Assembly (NCBI GenBank): GCA_964016885.1
Contig: OZ024740.1
Span: forward strand, 349,432,001-349,496,000
DNA length: 64,000 nucleotides
Origin: Eledone cirrhosa
Taxonomy: Eukaryota
Reading direction: 5' to 3'
Position 1 is the first letter of the stretch. Each line of letters opens with the position of its first letter. Below, in pieces: positions 17,883 to 30,826 of this stretch. Under the pieces are notes generated by a model. The model was not told the origin of the DNA, searched no databases, and was given only the letters and a program-made list of their open reading frames with translations. The translations under genes and the position numbers were made by a program.

Positions 17883-18492
17883 ATGGTGGCTGCCAACTCG
17901 TTTTCGAGTACGGCCACTACTTTATATCCATGTAGGAGAACCCCTACTGATGCGCTGAACGAGTGTGACATTTTAGTCCAGCCAGCGACTTGAAAACTCT
18001 GGTACAAACACTACACTTGTGACAATTACTGACACATAGTGCTGGGCCCATTGTACCCTGTGACGACAAGTGTAGAGAGATCTCCAGATATAAAGCAATG
18101 CCTGTGCCGTGAAGCTTTTATAGTGAGCAAAGGCACTGCACAAAGCCAGTCCCACTCTCTTAACCAAGATGATATTTACCAAAAAGAAGAACAAATCAAC
18201 ATCATTGGATACCATCAGGGTTGCAGGTGTTATATCAAAGTTTTCCTTCTCCTAGAATTCTGCCTTGACAAAGGCTAAGGGGTCATCTCTCCCGGTGATT
18301 TTGGATGGGCATTGACTCTTAAGAGCTCCTTTTCCCTTTGACAGGTTTTGTTTTTAGTCCTGCAGGACGTCCAAAGTCACCCTCTTCACCAAGAAACCTT
18401 GGTGGGGTTGCCAGTTTAGTCGCCAACGACCCGACCATGAGACAGGTTGTACTGGGATACATGTTACCAGTAGCACCAACTGGTGACCTGAC
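17883..18492 (-). mobile_element. Full-length (~610 nt) bipartite RTE-derived non-autonomous element
   Basis: Contains an RTE-like 5' leader, a remnant of the last zinc finger, the 3' hairpin and a (TATG)n tail. Confidence 0.9.
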
Positions 18493-18564
18493 ATACATAC
18501 ATACATACATACATACATACATACATACATACATACATACATACATACATACATACATACATAC

Positions 18565-19169
18565 ATGGTGGCTGCCAACTCGTTTTCGAGTACGGCCACT
18601 ACTTTATATCCATGTAGGAGAACCCCTACCGATGCGCTGAACGAGTGTGACTTTTTAGTCCAGCCAGCGACTTGAAAACTCTGGCACAAACACTACACTT
18701 GTGACAATTATTGACACATAGTGTACATGGTACCATGTGACGACAAGTGCAGAGAGATCTCCAGATACAAAGCAATGCCTGTGCCGTGAAGCTTTTATAG
18801 TGAGCAAAGGCACTGCACAAAGCCAGTCCCACTCTCTTAACCAAGATGATATTTACCAAAAAGAAGAACAAGTCAACATCATTGGATACCATCAGGGTTG
18901 CAAGTGTTATATCAGAGTTTTCCTTCTCCTAGAATTCTGCCTTGACAAAGGCTAAGGGGTCATCTCTCCCGGTGATTTTGGATGGCCATTGACTCTTAAG
19001 AGCTCCTTTGCCCTTTGACAGGTTTTGTTTTTAGTCCTGTAGGATGTCCAAAGTCACCCTCCTCACCAAGAAACCTTGGTGGGATTGCCAGTTTAGTCGT
19101 CAATGACCCGACCATGAGACAGGTTGTACTGGGATACATGTTACCAGTAGCACCAACTGGTGACCTGAC
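18565..19169 (-). mobile_element. Full-length (~605 nt) bipartite RTE-derived non-autonomous element
   Basis: Same organisation. Encodes [26 protein letters not shown], compared with the LINE's CRLCARHFRSLAGLKSHIRSQHC*. Its 5' end abuts the (TATG)n tail of the intact LINE. Confidence 0.9.
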
Positions 19170-19287
19170 ATACATACATACATACATATATACATACATA
19201 CATGATGGCTGCCCCCTCGTTATCGAGTATGGCCATTGCACAATAAAAAATAAAAAAAAAAAAATAAAAAATAAAAATAAATAAAAA

Positions 19288-19356
<69 letters not shown>

Positions 19357-19362
19357 AATAAA

Positions 19363-19394
<32 letters not shown>

Positions 19395-19399
19395 AAAAG

Positions 19400-19432
<33 letters not shown>

Positions 19433-19554
19433 TATACATATATATATACATACACGTATATATACACACACACATACATACACATACATACATATATACA
19501 CACACACATACATACACATACACTCACACATATATACACACATACATTAATAAC

Positions 19555-19603
<49 letters not shown>

Positions 19604-22600
19604 GCAATAATAATAATAACGACAACAACAATAATAATATACATATTCATATATATATACACACACACGCACGCACATAAGCATATCTACACACACACAC
19701 ACACACACAAACACACGATAGCAACTAACAGTGCTGCGATCGAATGTGGCTTTTTAGCCCAGCCAATGATCTAAAATGTCTTGCACAGAGTCGGCAACCA
19801 AAACATTTACTGGGAATAGTCGGCTGTGGTTGGAGTTCGTGTACTTTTGCATGTCGCTTGAGTCCTCCTGCTGATTTACATTCTCTACCACATGTTTGGC
19901 AAGCATGATGAGTAGCATCTCCAACAGCAGCCTGGTAGTCAACCACTGGTCTTACTTTATGACTGCGAAGATGACTTTCGAGTCCAGCTTTGCTTAGGCA
20001 GAGTCTCGCACAGACGCTGCATGTCAGAAACATAGGAGGACCCTCGCCGTCTGGAAGTGCAACAGCAATACCCTTCCTCACGTCCCGCTTTACTTTCTCG
20101 TGTGCGATTCGAGATGCCTCAAAGGCAACTTTTCCCTCATATACAGTCTTTCTCCATTTATTACGATCAGCAGCAATATTTTCCCATGTATCAGCAGAGA
20201 TGTTAGCGTCTTTCAGAGAGGCCTTCAAGGAATCCTTATACCTCTTTTTTGGTTTATGTGGCGGTCGTTTTCCTTTAACCAACTCTCCATAGAAGAGTTG
20301 TTTTGGTATTCTAGAATCCTTCATCCTGGCAAGGTGACCACTCCAACGGAGTCGCTGCTTAAGCACAAGAGCTTCTATACTGTCACACATAGAGCTTTCC
20401 AAAATCTCGACATCACTGATGTGGTCCCTCCAGTGAACGCCATGTATCCGTCTGAGACACATCTGATGGAAACGCTCCAATTGCTTAAGGTGGCGTCGAT
20501 ATGTGACCCAGGTCTCGCAGGCATAAAGAAGACAAGAGAGTACACATGCCCTGTACACCTTTACCTTTGTCCTCCTGCATATGTCTCGCCGACCCCAGAG
20601 TCGCCTTTCTAGCTTTCCGAAAGCATCACTTGCTTTCCTAATCCTAAGTGAGATTTCACTGTCAAGGTTGCCGTATCGATTGACAGTGCTTCCCAGGTAG
20701 ACAAACTGATCAACCACTCCAAGTCGTTTGCCATACACATAGATGTTTGGTTCAGTGTACTGCCCACCAGGTGCAGGTTGGTACATGACGACGGTTTTCT
20801 TGAGACTGACAGTCAAACCCAGGGCAGTGCAAGCGTCAGAAAATACATTCAAAATGTGCTGCATATCACTCTCTGTGTGCGCTACAAGATCGCAATCATC
20901 TGCATACAAGAGGTCTCTTATGACTGATGTAAATACTTTTGTCTTCGCAGCAAAGCGCCTGATGTTAAATATGCTGCCTGAGGTTCGATATCGGATGTAA
21001 ACACCATGCTCGCAATTCCTGAATGCAATACAGAAAACCATTGCAAAGTATATGGCAAACAGGGTCGGTGCTGGAATATCCCCCTGCTTCACTCCATTTT
21101 TTACTGAGATAGGCTCCGACATGTTACCTCCGACATTAACCCAAGCCTTCATGTCGTCATGGAAAGACCTAACTAAAGCAAGGAACTTATCAGGGCAACC
21201 AAGTTTCTGGAGAACCTTCCATAATGCATCTCTGTTGACAGTATCGAAAGCCTTTGTCAGATCGACAAAAACCTGATACAGATCCAAGCCCTGTTCAATG
21301 CACTTCTCCTGGAGCTGTCTAGCTGAGAAGATCATATCAGTAGTGCCGCGTCCAACACGAAAACCAGATTGACTTTCAGGAAGGACACAATCTGCAATGT
21401 GTGTCAGCAGACGGTCCAGAAGCACCCTACATAAAACTTTCCCCACGACAGAAAGCAATGATATACCTCTGTAGTTCCCACAATCATTCCTGTTACCCTT
21501 TCCCTTGTACAAGACCACCATTACTGCATCTCTCCAGTCCTCAGGCACGGATTCATTAGCCCATATCCTTCCAAACAGAGAGTGAAGATGTTGCAGGAGT
21601 CTCTCACCACCATATTGTAGGAGCTCAGCATGTATGCCATCCATACCTGGAGATCTTCCACTGTTCAGCTTCGAAATAGCCACTGCAACCTCCACAAGTG
21701 TCAGAGGTTCTGCGAGAGCTACTTTCACAGGACTTTCCGGAATGAGATTGAGGAAATCTTCACTGACGACAGACGGCTGATTCAAAAGATCATCAAAGTG
21801 CTCTCGCCACCTTCGTAGAATTCCCTGTGAGTCACGAAGAAGTTCTTTGCCATCCTTGCTGCGAATCGGTGTCACCAGAGAAGAAGACGGTCCATAAACC
21901 TCACGCAAGAGACTGTACAACAGCTTTGTGTTATTGCAATCAGACGCAGTTTGTATCTCACCAGCCTTCTCACTCCACCACTGATCCTTCATCTGAGAAA
22001 GACTCCGCCTAACACGTGATTTTACATCCCTGAGCTCCTCATGCAACGTATTCCTCTCCTGTGGTTTTGCCGTCAAGTAGCGTGACAGAGCGCGCCTCTT
22101 ATCAGCCAACAAGTCATCTATATGCACATCTTTCTCATTAAACCAGTCCTGATGTTTTCTCTGCACCAATCCCAGAACACGTCTGCCTACATCATAAACC
22201 GACTTTTTAAGGGTCGGCCAATCCTCACCAAGATCTGCAGCCTGCATCTCTTCTTCCAATGTCCTCTTCACATTTTTATCCTTAAGACGAGCAGCATTCA
22301 ATCTTTTGGGCAGGGTAACACCAGGAGCCCGGATTTTACGTTTGGTGATTAGATTCACTTTTGCGCGTACCAGGCGGTGGTCCGTCAAGCACTCAGCTCC
22401 ACGAAGAACACGAACACACTGCACATCCTGTCTGTCACGCATCCTGACTAGGACGTAGTCCAAAAGATGCCATTCCTTAGATGCAGGATGCATCCATGTG
22501 GTCTTGAATTTGTTCTTTTGTTGGAACATGGTGTTGGTAACACACAGATCCAGCTCCTCACACATCTGCAGCAAGAGCATACCATTGCTGTTACACTTTC

Positions 22601-23278
22601 CCACCCCATGCCTTCCGATTACATTCCATGTGTTAAAATCCCTACCCACTCTAGCATTAAAGTCACCAAGCACGATGACTTTGTCTGCCTGAGGGATATT
22701 TCTTAAAACACCTTTCAAGGCATGGTAAAAGGACAGTTTTTCTTCATCGACAGAATTCATAGTTGGAGCATACACACTCACCAGGGTAGCATATCTTCCC
22801 TTGTCCAGCGGAACTCTCATGGACATAAGACGCTCACTAATCCCCACTGGGAATTCTTCTAATTTATTCACCAGTACAGTCTTAACAGCAAATCCTACCC
22901 CAGCCTCTCTTCTGGTTCCTTCATCTCTTCCTTTCCAGAAGAATGTATATTCTCCACAAAATTCCGTAAGATGACCATCTCCAGCTAACCTCGTCTCAGA
23001 CAAAGCCACGATGTCAAGATCGTAACGTCGAAGCTCCTTCGCAACAAGAGCGGTCCTTCGTTCAGGACGCTCCAAAGAATCCCTGTCAAGCAGCGTCCGT
23101 ACGTTCCAGCAGCCAAGACTAAATGCCCTGTTTGGCTCTATTACAATGGCACGATGACTGGCGGGCCCAGGTTGTGATAACTTGGGGCCCCTGCCCTTAT
23201 TGCCAATGATCTTTTTTGTTCCAGAACCCAAATTGGCAATTATCTCGTTTACATTGTTCTGGAACATCATTGAATTGG

Positions 23279-23310
<32 letters not shown>

Positions 23311-23315
23311 TAATA

Positions 23316-23352
<37 letters not shown>

Positions 23353-23652
23353 ACTATTAATAATTATTAATGCACTCGTGCAATGCCTGTGCGTGACGAA
23401 TATTTTTAAAGTGAGGAAAGACTGTGCACTGAACCAATCCCACTCTCTGAGCGACAGTAGCTATAACCCGAAAAGAAGAAAAGATCAACATCATCGGTAA
23501 CTACTGAGCCGCAGGTTTTATATCGGAGTTAACCCAGTTTCCTGAGATGCCTTCTCCTAGAAGAATACCCTGACATGGGCTAGGGGTTCTTCACTCCCAG
23601 TGGTTTAACTGCGCGATCGGGCATCCAGCCCGATTATTTCTATGTCCCCGCG
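19170..23652 (-). mobile_element. Near-full-length RTE-ZF LINE (copy 3) with 5' UTR, microsatellite-rich 3' UTR, 3' stem-loop and (TATG)n tail
   Basis: 5' UTR 23271-23652 matches 602-877 and 45072-45268. The 3' end GCAATGGCCATACTCGATAACGAGGGGGCAGCCATC-(ATGT)n matches 6116-6222. Confidence 0.92.
19725..23270 (-). CDS. Intact RTE-clade LINE ORF (1181 aa): APE endonuclease, reverse transcriptase, 3 C-terminal C2H2 zinc fingers
   Basis: Uninterrupted ORF from MMFQNN. APE motifs: WNVRTL, LSETR, VYAPT, GDFNA, LDYVL, TDH. RT motifs: NYRGISLLS, QSGFR, FVDLTKAFDTV, GVKQG, LLYADD, YLG. RTE-type RLRWSGHLARM...RIPKQLFYGEL. Fingers: CSVC..HLRSH, CQTC..HAKVH, CRLC..HIRSQH. Confidence 0.95.
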   Translation of the reverse strand: MMFQNNVNEIIANLGSGTKKIIGNKGRGPKLSQPGPASHRAIVIEPNRAFSLGCWNVRTLLDRDSLERPERRTALVAKELRRYDLDIVALSETRLAGDGHLTEFCGEYTFFWKGRDEGTRREAGVGFAVKTVLVNKLEEFPVGISERLMSMRVPLDKGRYATLVSVYAPTMNSVDEEKLSFYHALKGVLRNIPQADKVIVLGDFNARVGRDFNTWNVIGRHGVGKCNSNGMLLLQMCEELDLCVTNTMFQQKNKFKTTWMHPASKEWHLLDYVLVRMRDRQDVQCVRVLRGAECLTDHRLVRAKVNLITKRKIRAPGVTLPKRLNAARLKDKNVKRTLEEEMQAADLGEDWPTLKKSVYDVGRRVLGLVQRKHQDWFNEKDVHIDDLLADKRRALSRYLTAKPQERNTLHEELRDVKSRVRRSLSQMKDQWWSEKAGEIQTASDCNNTKLLYSLLREVYGPSSSLVTPIRSKDGKELLRDSQGILRRWREHFDDLLNQPSVVSEDFLNLIPESPVKVALAEPLTLVEVAVAISKLNSGRSPGMDGIHAELLQYGGERLLQHLHSLFGRIWANESVPEDWRDAVMVVLYKGKGNRNDCGNYRGISLLSVVGKVLCRVLLDRLLTHIADCVLPESQSGFRVGRGTTDMIFSARQLQEKCIEQGLDLYQVFVDLTKAFDTVNRDALWKVLQKLGCPDKFLALVRSFHDDMKAWVNVGGNMSEPISVKNGVKQGDIPAPTLFAIYFAMVFCIAFRNCEHGVYIRYRTSGSIFNIRRFAAKTKVFTSVIRDLLYADDCDLVAHTESDMQHILNVFSDACTALGLTVSLKKTVVMYQPAPGGQYTEPNIYVYGKRLGVVDQFVYLGSTVNRYGNLDSEISLRIRKASDAFGKLERRLWGRRDICRRTKVKVYRACVLSCLLYACETWVTYRRHLKQLERFHQMCLRRIHGVHWRDHISDVEILESSMCDSIEALVLKQRLRWSGHLARMKDSRIPKQLFYGELVKGKRPPHKPKKRYKDSLKASLKDANISADTWENIAADRNKWRKTVYEGKVAFEASRIAHEKVKRDVRKGIAVALPDGEGPPMFLTCSVCARLCLSKAGLESHLRSHKVRPVVDYQAAVGDATHHACQTCGRECKSAGGLKRHAKVHELQPQPTIPSKCFGCRLCARHFRSLAGLKSHIRSQHC

Positions 23653-23918
23653 CAAAAAAAAAAAAAAAAAAAAATTACTTATTGACACTTATACGTACGA
23701 CATACACACACACGCATACATATGCGTGCACACAGCAACACTCACACACACAACAAACACACACACACGCTACTCTACTCACTTACACGCACACACACAC
23801 ATATATATATATATATTACCGTCATTACTGATACAAGATTACCAGATTATGTCAACTGTTGACTTTCAAGAGTTTGTATAGTTGAAGCCGATCGTATTAC
23901 AGTCCAGTATTACATGTA

Positions 23919-23949
<31 letters not shown>

Positions 23950-24026
23950 CATACATACATACATACATACATACATACATACATACATACATACATACAT
24001 ACATACATACATACATACATACATAC

Positions 24027-24280
24027 ACGACTAGTTAGGAAATTACAAACACGACTAGTTAGGATATTAAAATCTCGACTAGTTAGGAAATTACAAACAG
24101 GACTAATTAGGAAATTACAAGTAGAAACATGACTAGTTACGAAATGACAAGTACAATCCATTAATGGAACAGTAAAAATATGTAAAATATTCCAAAAATT
24201 CTGCATCTAATAACTGCATATACACTTGTACAGATACAAACCATATGCAAACATTTGTGAAATTATAAAACCAGAAGAAC
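24027..24280 (+). mobile_element. 3' stub of an R4/Dong-like element with ~5 stuttered ~24 nt repeats
   Basis: Matches 26508-26610 plus 26785-26810. GACTAGTTAGGAAATTACAA is repeated. (CATA)n on both sides. Confidence 0.8.
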
Positions 24281-24387
24281 ATACATACATACATGCATAC
24301 ATGCATACATACATACATACATACATACATACATACATACATACATACATACATACATACATACATACATACATACATACATACATA

Positions 24388-26810
24388 GTCAGTCAACGTG
24401 ATCAGTAGCACATTTTGGCGTCGAAGACTATTCCTTAAATTTAAGATGAATACTATCTCCGAGAGTAATGCCACAACTACCAGTCATGTTGAATAACTGG
24501 ATATTCTTCTAACTATATCCACGGAAGACACATTTTATTAGAATTCGTAGAGATATCCGACTAAATACATAATTCATTTTACAAGGATTTGCTACAAACA
24601 GCATGGCTGAACACAACATCAGTGGAATACCGAAGAAAAACGAGAAAGGTAAACAAAATTTGTCAGTTGTAGCTACAGAAGAAACCGAAATTATAAATCG
24701 CATTTCTCTTGGAGCTGCGAACTTAATGATGATTTGTTTAATTGTTATAAAATGGCAAAAAACAATCCCTCCATTCTCTATATGAACAGAGCTAAATCCC
24801 TTCACAGCGAAACAATTACGCCAACAAGCGACGTTTATTGAACGTAAAATTAAGATAAATATTATTAATTGTAAGTCCCCCAGAACAAACATGGAATCAA
24901 CAACACGTGCTACAGGTCGCCATGCTACTAGACTTCCTAGTAGCCAGGTCGAACAGTGCCTTGAAACAACTATGCCCGTAAGAAATTTGACACCACGTGT
25001 ACCATCTAAGTCTACCTCGAATGCTGGGGAAAACACTATCGATAATAATAATAATCGAAGAAATAATAATAATAATCGAAGAAATTTGACACCACGTGTA
25101 CATCCGAGTCTACCTCGACTATTGTGGAAAATACTATCGATAATGATAATAATAAAAAATATAAACAATTGAAAATTTTCCACAACGAAATCTTTCAGAG
25201 AGAATTTAATTCATGTATAAACATTTCTCTTGTTGAACGTATTAAAACAATAATATTTAATAAAAAACCAAATAATGAAATATTACTTGTTATTGACGAA
25301 ATAGGGGTTGAATATTTACGACGGATAAAAACCCCTACATTTTGGCAAATCCAAAAGAACTATTGCTCCTACACTACAACAAAAACATATGCCTTAGCAA
25401 CGACAGTGAATACTCAATTGGACGATAGACGAAATCCGAGCGATTGATGCTAGAACTCGAAAAATACTAAGCAACACCGGAAACTTCCACATCAACAGTA
25501 ACATAGACCGCCTTTACTTGAAACGTAAGCAGAGAGGCAGAGGCCTAACATCAGTCCAGACAATATTTGAATGTCGCATCATATCCCTCCAACAACATCT
25601 ACGAACCTCAAAGCGTAGGACCCCGCCACTCGAGCAAGTCTATCTGCATGAAACAGATAAGATCATGAGAGTTGGGAAGGAACTCCTCGAGAGGTATTCC
25701 CTGTGTGAAAAACTCACACCCAGAGCAGTCGCTCAGCAGTATCGTAGTGAATCCATGGATGAAAAACTGCATGCTTATCAGCAAAAAAATCATGCGTGGA
25801 TATGTTGCCAGGAAGCTCCAGAGTGAGAGTAATATAGATAAAGAAAGTAGTCTATCTTGGACCAACAACCGCTATATTGGCTCCCATTTTGAAGGATACG
25901 CTTTTGCAATCCAAGAATAGGAATCAACACGAAATATTTTATTCACAAAAGAGATAGGGAGGCAGGCAAAACACTAAGATGCGTTAACAAGTGCAGACTC
26001 TGCAGAATTAACATCGAAGAAGTCACCCATGTCATAAGTAGCTGTCCAAAGATGTCATCGCGCTACTATCTACCTATGAGGCATGATGTAGTGGCCAAAA
26101 CACTGTACAATGCAATCCGTAGAAAAGATAGCCCCGGTAACAAACACATTAAAAGCTACAGCAATGTGGAAGACATACATATACATAATATGAAAGAGTA
26201 CTGGTGGAATGTTCCAGTAAAAACCCCAATAAAATGCAGGCATAACAGACCAGATATTATGATATGGGACAGGGAAAAGAAGGCATGCACAGTAGTGGAA
26301 GTTAGCAGTCCAGTAGATGCCAATATAATATCAAAGATTAGCGAAAAGGAGAATATTTATGCAGAACTGATGAGAAATCTGCAGATACTCCACCCTGATT
26401 ATACCTTCATATTTATGCCTGTGATTATTGGGGCACTGGGATATGTTAGTAACTGCCTCAATACAAATCTTGAGAAGCTGCGCTTCACAAGAACAGAAAG
26501 AACACAGCTAATTAGGAAATTACAAGTACAATCCATTAATGGAACAGTAAAAATATGTAAAACATTCCAAAAATGTTGCATCTAATAACTGCATATACAC
26601 ATGTACAGATACTAAGCATATATACACATGCACACGTACAACTCGAAACATCCACATCCACACATACAATAACATCATATCTACACATGCAGACATGCAT
26701 ACATATCTACCTATTTGATGTTGTGTAAATTCTAATGAGAGAGTCTTGTGTCTGTTAGAAACCGACTCTCTTTCTATTGGCAAAAATTTGTGAAATTATA
26801 AAACCAGAAG
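24388..26810 (+). mobile_element. Internally deleted R4/Dong-like RLE non-LTR element (RT missing)
   Basis: N-terminal ELNPFTAKQLRQQA joined to post-RT DARTRKIL..GNFHINSNIDRLYLKRKQRGRGL. Also CRLC..THVISSC, YLPMRHD, RPDIMIWD..VVEVSSP and PVIIGALG. Flanked by (CATA)n. Confidence 0.88.
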
Positions 26811-26905
26811 AACATACATACATACATGCATACATACATACATACATACATACATACATACATACATACATACATACATACATACATACATACATACATA
26901 CATAC

Positions 26906-29900
26906 AGTGTCCAATAATCGGACGTGGGTAAATACGGCTTACATGAAGGCAACATACCATATATTGGAAAAAGTTGAGCTAGATTACGCAGTAAGATTAC
27001 ATACAATAATTCTACATAAGTGTTTGAACTGTAAGTGTGTTGTAAAACACCTATTTATATGAACGATACATACACTTATGATATATGAATGATACATACA
27101 CTTATGATATATGAACGATACATACACTTTAACATATAAATGCAACGTTGTTATATTACATTTATAAAGAAATATGCAAGTAACGTTTTCGATTCAGAAA
27201 CAAAAACATAAGTGTTTAAACTGTGAATATGTTGTGAATAAGTTGTAGAACACCTATCTATATGAATGATACATAAACTTTAACATATAAATACAGCGTT
27301 GTTATATTATATTACATTCATAAAGAAATATACTAAGTAACGGGTTTTTTTTTGTTCTCGATTCAAACGATTCAAGAACAACGTTTAAAACACAGTTGTA
27401 GAATTAAAAACTAACTGAAAAGAAATATTACCCAAGCTGTGAATAACTTTAAATTTGATTCTGACAGAACTTTTTGTCGAAACTTTTAAAGAAGATCATT
27501 GATTATTTTGAAAAATAAATACAAAATATTAGTGAATAGACGAACTCATCATGACAAAACGTACAAGTCTCCTTCGACCAAATCGCAACTACAACCGTTG
27601 TATACAGTGGAGCTACGAGCTTAACAAAGAATCTGAACCCCAAAAGTTCGGTTTTATGCAAAGGCTAAAAACTTTATGGAACTCCAAACACCCAGAATTA
27701 GACTTTTCTCCAAAGCATTTAAATGAACAGGCAAAACGTATCATTAGATGTAAATTGATACATCTAACGGAATTGAGTGATACTACAAATATAGCCCTTG
27801 TAGACAATCACCCCACCTCCACTGACAGACAAAGAGAATGGCCAGCTAAATCTAACAGTGAACAGCTCACCAACAATTTTGCTGAAATCCATCTCACTTA
27901 CATTGGAGAACAGCGAGAGTGGTCAGCTAACTCTAGCAGTAATTGTTACCACATCAACAACGAGGCTGAAATTCATGACTCTACTGTACAAACAGAACAC
28001 CAAAAACTTGTGGACACCTTACAAGTGATATGGGACGATATGTTTCAAGAGATACACAGCCTTAATGTGAGTGACAGACCATACAACACCAGAATCAGTA
28101 AAGAACCTACTAAATTAGAATTGGAAGCGGTGAACGAAATAGCTGGCAATTATCTGAAGGCTATACGATCTAAAGATGTAGAAACGACATTTGAAACGCT
28201 TAATATTTTGTTATATGTTTCAGCTGTCACATTGCTATCATATAACACACATCTAAAACCACACAAGATACAAACAAAAAGCCCGAACCAGCGTGGATGC
28301 GAAATTTAAAAAGCAAAATTTTGTCTCTGAGACGAAGTATCTCACACATCGCAGTCGTTATGAAATGCAACATAGAGAGCAACTTCACACGGCACCAGGA
28401 AGACCTAAAAAAAAGTTAGAGAGACGATTTGGAGATACAAAATTTAAAACTTTGAACTCCAAATTACACCAGTTGAAACAACAACTCACAGCTACAACAG
28501 AAAGACTAAAATATAAGTCAACAGCACATAAACGACAAGTGTTAAATAGATTGTTTGCCAGAGATCCTAAATCAGTTTATCGCAGCTTCGGTGGCAAAAG
28601 CTCAATCCCTATAAATGACACCCCTTCAAAATAACAGGTTGAGAGCTACTGGAGATCTGTATGGGAAACGGATGACGGATTCAACAGACAAACTAATTGG
28701 CTAAAAGAACTGGAACAGGACTACTGCCAACATGTCCAGACAAAACAATATGACATAGATGGGTCAATACTGGAAACAGCTCTACAGAAAATGTCGAATA
28801 GGAAATCACCAGACCCAGACCGCATTACAGGATACTGGTTGAATAATTTCACTTTCTATCGGCAAGATCTCATATGGCTGTTTACAGAAACCATTAAAGG
28901 CACACAAGAACTGCCCAGATGGTTATCAACTGCCACTACTCTCCTCATTCCCCAAAATAGCCAAACCACCCTTGCTAAAAATTACCGCCCAATAGCCTGC
29001 CAAAACATCATGTATAAATTATATACTGGGTGCCTTAACCTGTTCTTACAGGATCACTGTGCTACCAACAACATCATAACACCTGAACAAGCTGGTGGAA
29101 AGATGGAGGTGTGGGGTTGCATAGATCACCTACTAACTAATAAAATGATTCAAGAAAAAACAACAAAGAATCGCAGAAACATGACTGTCGTGTGGCTGGA
29201 CCATCAAAAGGCATTTGATAGTGTGGACTATCAAAAAGCATTTCATGGATGGATTGTTAAGGCTTTACAGTTATCCAAAGTCCCACAACCACTGGTAGCT
29301 GCTGTTGAACGTCTGACCAAGAACTGGTACGCCAATTTGATCCTTAGAGGTGAGAAGGAGCAAGTTAAGACTGATAAGATACATTACCAGAAGGGCATCT
29401 TTCAGGGTGATAGCTTGTCAGTGCTACTCTTCGTTCTCTCACTAAATCCACTCTCTTACCTACTCAGGAAACAAGGTGGTCAAAGAAGTGGGTCCAGAAG
29501 TATCTCCCATCTTTTCTTTGTTGATGACCTGAAGTTGTATGGACCAAATATCAATGACATCAAATATCATTACACAATTTTCAACGCCAACTTTTGGCCT
29601 GCTGAACTGGTCATTGCAAGAACTAAGTGAGATGGATGTTAGAACTCGCAAACTTATCAGTGTTACTGGAAACTTTAACATCAATGGTGATGTGGATAGG
29701 CTATACTTCTCACCCAAGGAAGGTGGCCGGGGTCTAAAATTCATATTAACATCATATGAGACCCGGATAGTAACACTGAAGCAACACCTGCATCAGAGGA
29801 AAAAGGTTGGCAACTATCTTGCCCAGGTTTATGAGCATGAAAAAAAATATATCATTAGAATAGCGACTGATCTGGAGGAGAGATATGGAATAAAGCCTGA

Positions 29901-30812
29901 TATAAATCTCTCACCCAGAGAAATCGGAAGATCCTATTCAATGTTCAAGCAAGATGAAAAAATTGACCAATTCACAGAAAAAGTTGTGCATGGATACTTG
30001 AGACGTAAAACTAAGACCATAGAGGAGATAAACCACTCAAAAAGCCTGGCATGGAGTTCCGACAGGTTTATGACATCACACCTTGAGGGATATCTCTATG
30101 CAATACAGGAACAAGAACTCCCTACCAAATATCTGCTGCACAAAAGGGGAGGGCCATCAGCTGACAATAAATGTAGGCTATGTAAAACAAAGATCGAGGA
30201 TGTAAGCCACAATGTTGCCAGCTGCGAAAGAATGTCATCTCGCTACTACCTCCCCATGAGACACGATGGGATAGCTAGAACCATCTGGAACGCACTTCGG
30301 AAAACAAAATTAACAACAAACGAGGAAGAATATATTGGAGACAGATGGCACTAAGGAATACTGGTGGAACCTGAAAATAAAAACTGCCACCAAATTAAAG
30401 CACAACCGGCCTGATATTGTTGTTTGGGACCACACATTGAAAACGTGTTCTGTTGTGGAGATCAGCTGCCCACTTGATGTAAACGTTGTCAGAAAAATAC
30501 AGGAGAAGGAGGACATCTACGGACCATTGATGAGGAGTTTACAAATCCACCTTTAGCTTCATACCCATCATTATTGGAGCTACGGGTTATATACCAACCC
30601 GCTTGGACCAAAGTATGACTGAACTTGGATTTGCGGACAAAGAGCTCAGCTCCCTAATACATAGTCTACAAATGGCTGCGATAGCTGGCACCTTTAAAAT
30701 TTGCAAAACATTCTTGCGATTCAAGGGATGACAATTTCTTTTCTTTTACAACCTTGCCACCAGGAAGGTGGCCGGTCAAAAAAATATACTCGAAATTAAG
30801 AGAAAGAGATAA
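26906..30812 (+). mobile_element. Near-full-length degraded R4/Dong-like non-LTR element (RT, CCHC knuckle, restriction-like endonuclease)
   Basis: KSPDPDRI, NYRPIAC, WLDHQKAFDSV, KGIFQGDSLS, HLFFVDDLKLY, CRLC, RHD, RPDIVVWD..VEISCP. Multiple stops and frameshifts. (CATA)n at both ends. Confidence 0.92.
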
Positions 30813-30826
30813 CATACATACATACA

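Noticed and set aside
16601-19200. CRISPR-like or satellite array
   Set aside because: The units are ~600 nt retroelements with variable 5' ends, there are no unique spacers or cas genes, and the context is eukaryotic.
23271-23354. N-terminal MYYYY..FFFF extension of the 1209 aa ORF
   Set aside because: This is the (ATT)n/poly-T UTR tract. The start matching copy 1 is the ATG at 23270.
23456-23652. HDV-like ribozyme in the LINE 5' UTR
   Set aside because: Hairpins exist, but I could not build the nested double pseudoknot by eye.
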